DNA of 63,524 nucleotides from a virus (Duplodnaviria; Caudoviricetes): IMG/VR virus record IMGVR_UViG_3300049203_000318, positions 1 to 63,524 of that record; one strand, 5' to 3'. Shown piece by piece: positions 57,269 to 63,524 of this stretch (position 1 is its first letter; each line of letters starts with the position of its first letter). The notes under the pieces were generated by a model. It saw only the letters and a program-made list of their open reading frames with translations, ran no database searches and was not told where the DNA came from. The position numbers and the translations under genes were made by a program.

Positions 57269-57594
57269 ACGCAATCCCCTTTCCGCTGATGCTGGCGCTC
57301 TTTGCGATCGTCGCCTTCATCCAGAACATGGCCTTCACCTGGGTCAGCCGGTCGCGCAATGGCGGTGATGTCGCCCATCATCGCAAGGCAGCCTACTGCT
57401 CGAATGGCATCTGGTTCTTCACCCAGATCCTGCTGTTCGGACAGCTGACTCAGGCGCTGACCACCGGCGCTTGGTGGAAGATCGCGGTCGTCGGCCTCGT
57501 CTATATGGCGGCCACCACTGAAGGGTCGGTTGTCATGATGCGCCGTCTCCTCAAGATTGAGACTGGCAAGCGTCGCGTCGGCGCATATAACTAA
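57265..57594 (+). CDS. Three-TM membrane protein
   Basis: QNMAFTWVSRSRN with hydrophobic segments. Confidence 0.65.
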   Translation: MNAIPFPLMLALFAIVAFIQNMAFTWVSRSRNGGDVAHHRKAAYCSNGIWFFTQILLFGQLTQALTTGAWWKIAVVGLVYMAATTEGSVVMMRRLLKIETGKRRVGAYN

Positions 57595-57620
57595 ATTGCC
57601 AAGTTGAAAGTGACGTTCAC

Positions 57621-58214
57621 ATGGGCGTATACCTGTGTGAATGTCACTCTTTATTTAGGTGGACTTTGATAAATACAGATACGAGGCAGCTCAGGAAGAA
57701 TGAGCAGGGAGAATTTCGCTCTGGTGCAGGCAAGATAGTTTGCGATCACTGCGGGTTGACCCAGACGTGCAACATAAAGCCTCGGAATATGTGCAACAAG
57801 TTCCTCCCGGTCATCCCATTTGTGGATGAAATTGGACTGGATAGCTTCGCCAACACTGTGCGCGTTGGGGTGGCCTGGTCGAGGCGCTTGCATCTTCGTC
57901 AAGTCGTCGGGTTATACAACTCAAAGAGCCGCCAGATTTTCGGCCTGGCGCATGTGGTCAGCCTTCACGTCGGCCCGATCGATGACATCCTGGCTGCCCA
58001 CGCACACATGAATCACATCATGCTGGAGCAGCCGGTCGAGGAAGCTCCGGCGCTCCTCAAAGAATGGCAGCTCAGAAACTATGGCCCACGCATCATCAAC
58101 GAAAGCACGCGCCTTACCGCCATTTACCTTCAGCGCGAGCCTGTGGAGGATGTTGCGGCCCGTCTGCGCGAGTATGAAGCGCTGCGGTTTGCTGAAGATT
58201 GCGCCGCGGGTTAG
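57621..58214 (+). CDS. Hypothetical protein (Cys-rich N-terminus, possible ASCH/PUA-like domain)
   Basis: CDHC, NTVRVG, FG.A.V and HAHMNH patterns. Confidence 0.5.
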   Translation: MGVYLCECHSLFRWTLINTDTRQLRKNEQGEFRSGAGKIVCDHCGLTQTCNIKPRNMCNKFLPVIPFVDEIGLDSFANTVRVGVAWSRRLHLRQVVGLYNSKSRQIFGLAHVVSLHVGPIDDILAAHAHMNHIMLEQPVEEAPALLKEWQLRNYGPRIINESTRLTAIYLQREPVEDVAARLREYEALRFAEDCAAG

Positions 58215-58587
58215 GGGTAAGATCATGGAGACGGAAGCGGGCACCCGCTTCCTGATCGTCGAGCAGAAGGGTAGGGACATCTGGTGCGGCGGATTGAAAT
58301 CGATCCACGAGGCCATTGAGAACGGAGCAGCAGCGCTCGGCGTTGAGCGTGCTCTTCTGTCCGCGGCCCGAGACAAGCACAGCGTTACGGTCGTCATGAT
58401 CACCGTCGAGGAACAGCGACGCATTTTCCTGACGCCGATCGATGACTTCTTCAACGATGAGATGGCGCGCTCTCGCACCAACTTCAAAGGCTGGTCGGTG
58501 CGCATGGTGCCTTACCAGCGTTTCACGCAAAAATATCTCGGTCCCAACTTGCAGAAGCGAAAACGACTCGCTAGTAAGAGTGCATAG
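58174..58587 (+). CDS. Hypothetical protein
   Basis: Basic ORF filling the operon gap; start uncertain. Confidence 0.5.
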   Translation: MKRCGLLKIAPRVRGKIMETEAGTRFLIVEQKGRDIWCGGLKSIHEAIENGAAALGVERALLSAARDKHSVTVVMITVEEQRRIFLTPIDDFFNDEMARSRTNFKGWSVRMVPYQRFTQKYLGPNLQKRKRLASKSA

Positions 58588-58613
58588 AAAACAACACACA
58601 CACAGGAACGCTA

Positions 58614-58889
58614 ATGTCGCGACTGTCGCAAACGCTCTCGAAGGAAGAGTGCAGGTTCATTCACAAGGCAAAGATGGCAGGTAAGAAGGCCGACCGTGAG
58701 CGCCGCTTCCAAGCTGAGCGCCAGAAGATCGACCGCCTGGGTGACATTTTCACCTCTGACGGCACGGAGCTCATGGAGGATTGGCTTCTCACGCATCCCC
58801 TGCATGCCAACGAGCACACACAAAACATTTCAAATAATGTCGGTGAAATTGTTCGCCGGCAGAGCACTGAAGGGAAGACTGATGAATAA
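58614..58889 (+). CDS. Hypothetical protein
   Basis: AGGA RBS just after a 20-bp motif. Confidence 0.55.
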   Translation: MSRLSQTLSKEECRFIHKAKMAGKKADRERRFQAERQKIDRLGDIFTSDGTELMEDWLLTHPLHANEHTQNISNNVGEIVRRQSTEGKTDE

Positions 58890-59304
58890 GACGCTCGCAT
58901 TTCTGATCGCTGGCGATCGCCTGCATGAGATTATGGCCGCCAGCCAGCGAGCGGTTGCGGATCAGCAGGGCGACACCAACGGTTCGCCGATCTTCGCGGC
59001 CGCTGCCGAGATGGCTGAGCAGGAAGAGGGTCAGAAGGGTTCGCCGGAAGCAGATCAGGAAGGTCCGTGCATCGTTTATGCGCAGGCTGTTTTCGACAAG
59101 GCTCAGGCGCCGCTCCAACTGGCGCAGCAGTATGATGCGATGAGCTCCGATCTCGATGCCCGCGCCGACACGCTCACTCTCAAGGGAGACGCCTTGATCT
59201 CCATTTCTGTGCGCAACGCCGCCGCAGAATTGACCGATGCCGCAACCTCGGCCCGCGAACAGGCTGATGAGCTTCTCGCCGAAATCCGCCCCGCAGCCGC
59301 ATAA
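58882..59304 (+). CDS. Hypothetical helical protein
   Basis: ATG overlapping the upstream gene's end; Ala/Gln-rich. Confidence 0.55.
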   Translation: MNKTLAFLIAGDRLHEIMAASQRAVADQQGDTNGSPIFAAAAEMAEQEEGQKGSPEADQEGPCIVYAQAVFDKAQAPLQLAQQYDAMSSDLDARADTLTLKGDALISISVRNAAAELTDAATSAREQADELLAEIRPAAA

Positions 59305-59319
59305 GGAGCGTCTGAACCA

Positions 59320-60372
59320 ATGATCCCTTATTCCGTCAGTAGCGACCAGCATCTTCATGGGTGGTCTGCATTCTCGCAGACGAATGATGATGGAGTGAAC
59401 AGTCGCCTCGCCACCATTCTCAGCGAATTAAAGCGGCAGGCCCGAACACTCGTTGCCGCTGGCGGAAAGGATATGTTCCTGGGCGGCGATCTTTACCACG
59501 TCCGCGGTAAGATCGACCCAGAGGTTCAGAACCCCGCAATCGACACATTTCGCGAGATTTGCGGAATGGGAGTTCGGGTCTGGGCGATCGCGGGCAACCA
59601 CGATCTCACCGGCAAGCACAGCGACAAGCTGGGTAATGCCATGCAGGCGCTCGATGAGCTTGATGGCTTCACGGCGATCACAGATTTCAGGGTGGTGACG
59701 GCTGACGGCGGTCAGGAGGTCGTAATGATCCCTTGGGTCGAGGATCTTGATGATCTTCGCTCGATCGCCATCAACAACGCGGGTTCCACCCGCGACCTGA
59801 TCATCCACGCGCCGCTAAACGGCGTGATCAAGGGTTTGCCTGACCACGGCCTCGATCCTGTAGAGGTGAAGCAGTGGGGTTATCGCCGCGTGTTCGTGGG
59901 TCACTACCATCACCATAACGAGCAGGCGAAGGATGTATATTCGATAGGGGCTTCTAGCCACCAGACGTGGAGCGACCCCGGCACTAACGCAGGCTTCCTG
60001 ATGGTCGGCGATAAGGTGGAATTTCACGAGAGCCTGGCGCCGCAATTCGTCAACATCGACGATGTGGATGAGATCGACCCCGTCAGCGTGTCGGGCAACT
60101 ATGTCCGCTTGCGTCTCAAGGATGCTGATGCTGATCTGCTGGCAAAGGCCCGTGAAGCGCTGAAGGATGCTGGCGCGCTCAATTGGGTCGATCACAGCAC
60201 CAAGAAGCGGGAAGTTACGCGCGGCTCCTCCTCGACCAAGAACGTCACGCTGGAGGTGTCCGTCGCCTCCTATGTCGCCAATCATCTCGACGCCGGCAAG
60301 CTGTCGAAAAAGCGGATCGCCGTCGAAGCGCTCGATGTTCTGCGCGAGGCCCGCACCCTGGGGAGTGAATAA
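59320..60372 (+). CDS. Mre11/SbcD-like nuclease (T4 gp47-like)
   Basis: SDQH, GGDLYH, GNHD and GHYH motifs. Confidence 0.9.
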   Translation: MIPYSVSSDQHLHGWSAFSQTNDDGVNSRLATILSELKRQARTLVAAGGKDMFLGGDLYHVRGKIDPEVQNPAIDTFREICGMGVRVWAIAGNHDLTGKHSDKLGNAMQALDELDGFTAITDFRVVTADGGQEVVMIPWVEDLDDLRSIAINNAGSTRDLIIHAPLNGVIKGLPDHGLDPVEVKQWGYRRVFVGHYHHHNEQAKDVYSIGASSHQTWSDPGTNAGFLMVGDKVEFHESLAPQFVNIDDVDEIDPVSVSGNYVRLRLKDADADLLAKAREALKDAGALNWVDHSTKKREVTRGSSSTKNVTLEVSVASYVANHLDAGKLSKKRIAVEALDVLREARTLGSE

Positions 60373-62351
60373 TGAAAATCACAGAATTCCACGTCGAGAA
60401 TATACTCGCGATCGGTGAGGCGAAGCTGACGCTCGACGGCTTGGGCCTCGTGCATGTCTCGGGCGTCAACAACGATGAAACCAGCGCCGACAGCAACGGT
60501 TCGGGCAAGAGCTCGTTGGGTGATGCGCTGCACTGGTGTCTGTGGGGCTCGACCGCTCGCGGCGTCTCCGGCGATGACATCGTCAACACGATCGCGGGCA
60601 AAGGCGCGGCCGCTCGCATCACCATCGACGATGATGGCGAGCTTTACCGGGTCGAGCGCTACCGGAAATATCCCAAGCACAAGAACAATCTCCTCTTGTT
60701 CAAGCAGAACGATCAGGGCGAGTGGGACGACATCACCAAGGGCACCACTGCGCTGACGCAGAAGGCGGTCGAGCGTCTGCTGGGCTGTTCGGAGGAGGTG
60801 TTCGCCGCCGCGGTCTATTCCGGCCAGGAGATGCTGCCTGACATTCCGCGGATGACCGATAAGCAGCTCAAGCTCCTTGTCGAGCAAGCTGCGGGCGTCG
60901 ACGTGCTTGCCGGTGCATATGATGTTGCGCGTGAACGGTCGCGAGAACGCGCTGAGACGCGCGCACAAGCGCAAATCGCGCATGACCGGGCAACCGAGCG
61001 TCACCGCGACGCAATCGCGTCTGTCGAGCGTCTGAGCGACCAATCCAAGCAATGGGAGGGCAGTCAGGCGGGGAAGATCGCCCAGCTGAAGACCGACACC
61101 ACTACCGCCGTCACGGCCTTCAAGAAGGCGCAGGACGATCTGGACCCCGCTGGCGAGCAGCAGGTGCGCGACGACATCCAGGCCACCCAGGCGAAGATTG
61201 CCGCCGTGCAGAGCGAGGTCCAGCGCGAACGCCAGTTGGCTGCCGACGTCGACACCGCCAAGAACAACATGGCTGCTATCAACCGTAAGCTCGCTACCCA
61301 CGAGGCACAGGTGCAGGCCGCGACCCGTGCGGTGCAGCAGGCAGAGGATGCCCTGGAGCGAACTCGCAACGGCGTCGGTAAGCCCTGTGATGACTGCGGC
61401 CGGCCGCTGGAAGACGAGCACCTGGCAGATGCGATCTCGGCTGGCGACCTTCGACTGAAGGCGCAGAAGGACGATCAGGAGCGCGTCATGACCACCCACG
61501 CGGAGGTCAAGAAGAAGGTTCCGGCATTCGAGCGTGCTGTCGCTGCCGCTGAGAAGGCGCTGTCCGATCACCGTGCATCCATGACAGATGTGTCGGCCGA
61601 AGGCGCACGCCTCAAGAACCTCCAGCGAGAGCTCCAGCTGATCGACGCGGCGAAGAACGAAGTCGAGCGGCTGCGTGTAGCTGCGCAGAACGTCGGCGCC
61701 CGGTGGAAGCAGGAAGCTGCGGCACAGAACCCGTTCAAGTCGATGATCGACACTGCCGACAAGGAAGTGATCAAGCGTGCTCAGGAAGTATCAGCGGCGC
61801 ATGACGCGCTGGCCACGGCCGGAGAGGAACTCGCATACGCCCAGGCCGTCGCCGATGTGTTCGCTCCCGCCGGTGTCCGCGCGCACCGCCTGGACGAAGC
61901 AACGCCGTATCTCAATGAGCGCACCGCACACTATCTCGGCAGCCTCGCTGACGGCGCGATCGATGCCTTCTGGACGACTCTGACTGAAATGAAGGGTAAG
62001 GCCGGTCAGCTGCGCGAGAAGTTCTCTGTCACGGTCGAGAAGGCAGGCTCAGCACCGAGCTTCAACGCCCTATCTGGTGGTGAGAAGCGGAAGGTTCGGC
62101 TCGCATGCGCTCTTGCTCTCCAGGATCTGGTGGCGACCCGCGCGAGCAAGAGCATCGAGCTTTGGCTCGGCGACGAGATCGATGACGCTCTCGACCCTGC
62201 CGGCCTCGAACGGCTGATGGGCGTGCTTGAGGAGAAGGCGCGGGATCGCGGCACAGTCCTCGTGATCAGCCACAACGACATCGCGGCATATGCCCGCAAA
62301 ACCATTGTGGTCGAGAAGTCCAATGGGCTTGCGACCGTCACCGTTCAATAA
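60372..62351 (+). CDS. Rad50/SbcC-like ATPase (T4 gp46-like)
   Basis: NGSGKSS, zinc hook CDDC, LSGGE, GDEIDDALD and ISH motifs. Confidence 0.93.
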   Translation: MKITEFHVENILAIGEAKLTLDGLGLVHVSGVNNDETSADSNGSGKSSLGDALHWCLWGSTARGVSGDDIVNTIAGKGAAARITIDDDGELYRVERYRKYPKHKNNLLLFKQNDQGEWDDITKGTTALTQKAVERLLGCSEEVFAAAVYSGQEMLPDIPRMTDKQLKLLVEQAAGVDVLAGAYDVARERSRERAETRAQAQIAHDRATERHRDAIASVERLSDQSKQWEGSQAGKIAQLKTDTTTAVTAFKKAQDDLDPAGEQQVRDDIQATQAKIAAVQSEVQRERQLAADVDTAKNNMAAINRKLATHEAQVQAATRAVQQAEDALERTRNGVGKPCDDCGRPLEDEHLADAISAGDLRLKAQKDDQERVMTTHAEVKKKVPAFERAVAAAEKALSDHRASMTDVSAEGARLKNLQRELQLIDAAKNEVERLRVAAQNVGARWKQEAAAQNPFKSMIDTADKEVIKRAQEVSAAHDALATAGEELAYAQAVADVFAPAGVRAHRLDEATPYLNERTAHYLGSLADGAIDAFWTTLTEMKGKAGQLREKFSVTVEKAGSAPSFNALSGGEKRKVRLACALALQDLVATRASKSIELWLGDEIDDALDPAGLERLMGVLEEKARDRGTVLVISHNDIAAYARKTIVVEKSNGLATVTVQ

Positions 62352-62360
62352 GAGGATCTC

Positions 62361-62921
62361 ATGGCAAAAAGTAAGGCACCGCCGATCAAGGCAACGCCGG
62401 AAATGATTGGGAAGGCGGCCGACACGTCGGTCGTCAAATCTTTGGTCCGTCTCGCTGAAGCGTTCGCCCGCGCCGGCGCCCACGGGCCTTTCACCATCGA
62501 GCTCCCGCTATTCTGCGCGTGCGCGATCAAGGACAAGGGTTATCGTCGGCATAGCGTGCCCTCCGATACAAAGGTGGATGCTGGCACGATTAAGATCGGC
62601 AAGCGCGACGGCCTCATCTTCCTTTTCCCCATCAATGGCAGCTGGACATGCGACAAAGGGGAGGTCGACTGGATCGAGCTCTCGTGGGAGGATGTGATCA
62701 ACACCTTCGCCGATCTGGCCGATCGCATCGAAGGCTATCTCAACACCTCGGACGCCGCCCTCAAGGTCGAGGAGATCGACGCCCAGGTTCGCACGGCGAT
62801 CGAGAAGAACGCCGCGATGCACGAGATCCTCAGCAAGGGTTTCGAGTCGGCGCAGCTGGAGGCGAAGGAGGTGGCCAAGGCCGTCGTCGAGGAAGAGAAC
62901 CCTCTCTGGGGAGCGTTTTAA
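62361..62921 (+). CDS. Hypothetical protein
   Basis: GAGG RBS; terminal NPLWGAF. Confidence 0.65.
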   Translation: MAKSKAPPIKATPEMIGKAADTSVVKSLVRLAEAFARAGAHGPFTIELPLFCACAIKDKGYRRHSVPSDTKVDAGTIKIGKRDGLIFLFPINGSWTCDKGEVDWIELSWEDVINTFADLADRIEGYLNTSDAALKVEEIDAQVRTAIEKNAAMHEILSKGFESAQLEAKEVAKAVVEEENPLWGAF

Positions 62922-63524
62922 TTGTCCATGATCACCATGCTCGGGATTGACCCGAGCCTTACGCATACCGGGTGGGCGGTGTCTGAAGTCGATCTGCAAA
63001 AGCGCGAGCTAGTGCGCGTGATCGATTGGGGAACGGTCGTCACCGCTAAATCAAAGGTCAAGAGCGTTCGACGCAATAGCGATGACCTAGAGCGCTCGCG
63101 CAGCATCGTGACGACGCTGCAAGACGTCATCGAGCGTCACGGTATCAAGATCGCTGCAAGCGAGGTGCCCTCCGGCGCTCAGTCTGCCCGCGCGGCGCTC
63201 TCGTTCGGCATTGCCGTCGGCATTCTTGCGTCCCTGCCGATCCCGCTCATTCAGGTGATGCCATCTGAGACGAAGCTGGCGACCCATGGAACGAAGACCG
63301 CTGACAAGGAAGACATCGTTCGCTGGGTTCTGGCTAAGACGGAGGGGCATCCGATCAAATGGCCGACCGGCAAGAAGAAGAACGATTGGGAGATCGAGCA
63401 CAACGGCGAATATATCGTTCTGGGTGTCGAGCACCAGGCTGACGCGGTAGCCGTCACCCAAGCGTCCCTTCAAACAGAGCAGTTTCGCCAGCTCGCGGGC
63501 ATGATGGCGGCTCTTATTTCGTAA
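62922..63524 (+). CDS. ruvC: RuvC-like Holliday junction resolvase
   Basis: LGIDPSLTHTGWA, SEVP, K...TADK and HQADA motifs. Confidence 0.88.
   Translation: MSMITMLGIDPSLTHTGWAVSEVDLQKRELVRVIDWGTVVTAKSKVKSVRRNSDDLERSRSIVTTLQDVIERHGIKIAASEVPSGAQSARAALSFGIAVGILASLPIPLIQVMPSETKLATHGTKTADKEDIVRWVLAKTEGHPIKWPTGKKKNDWEIEHNGEYIVLGVEHQADAVAVTQASLQTEQFRQLAGMMAALIS

Larger units (their letters stand above)
1..63524. mobile_element. Temperate siphovirus prophage / phage-plasmid-like element (partial; continues beyond the right end)
   Basis: Integrase-xis, packaging, head, tail, lysis and replication modules in contiguous operons. No host housekeeping genes were recognised. No att site is visible because the window begins at the integrase stop codon. 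Confidence 0.95.

Noticed and set aside
1388-58604. CA/TG runs as simple microsatellites or a CRISPR array
   Set aside because: The runs are dispersed, paired with a fixed 6-bp spacer and restricted to gene junctions; there is no repeat-spacer periodicity and no cas gene.
1-63524. tRNA/rRNA genes and att sites
   Set aside because: No cloverleaf or rRNA-like sequence was recognised by eye, and the window starts at the integrase stop, so att cannot be seen.

Overview
The whole window looks like part of a large temperate siphovirus (prophage or phage-plasmid). Its gene set and order resemble SSU5/pHCM2-type elements; the high GC and sequence style suggest an alphaproteobacterial host, which is inference. 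Left arm (minus strand): tyrosine integrase and excisionase, NUDIX, spanin pair, dNMP kinase and an SF2 helicase. On the plus strand a ParB-like/ParB-like/ABC-ATPase/GNAT/wHTH cassette precedes an AT-rich, GANTC-dense non-coding region. Next come terminase, portal, scaffold, capsid, a Tad2-like (DUF2829) protein, head-tail and tail genes (lambda-type G-T frameshift, 1411-aa tape measure, ~2150-aa tail tip), holins and an amidase. The right part holds endonuclease VII, a T5-A1-like phosphoesterase, PhoH, DnaB, primase, an HTH regulator, a CobT/CobS-like vWA/AAA+ module, DnaE with a UDG-like tail and a T4-like recombination set (UvsY-like, gp32-like, 5'-3' exonuclease, RecA, Mre11/Rad50, RuvC). 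Four observations stand out. (1) The CobT-like gene is split in two, and the new ends carry what look like an ECF sigma region-4 domain and its cognate anti-sigma domain. (2) A 20-bp motif family (TGTGYGT-N6-ACRCACA / TGCATRG-N6-ACACACA) occurs at about 25 gene junctions. (3) Six GANTC (CcrM) sites cluster in 66 bp just upstream of the terminase. (4) The ParB-ABC-GNAT cassette is a candidate DNA-modification system. All family calls come from motif recognition by eye; no database search was run.
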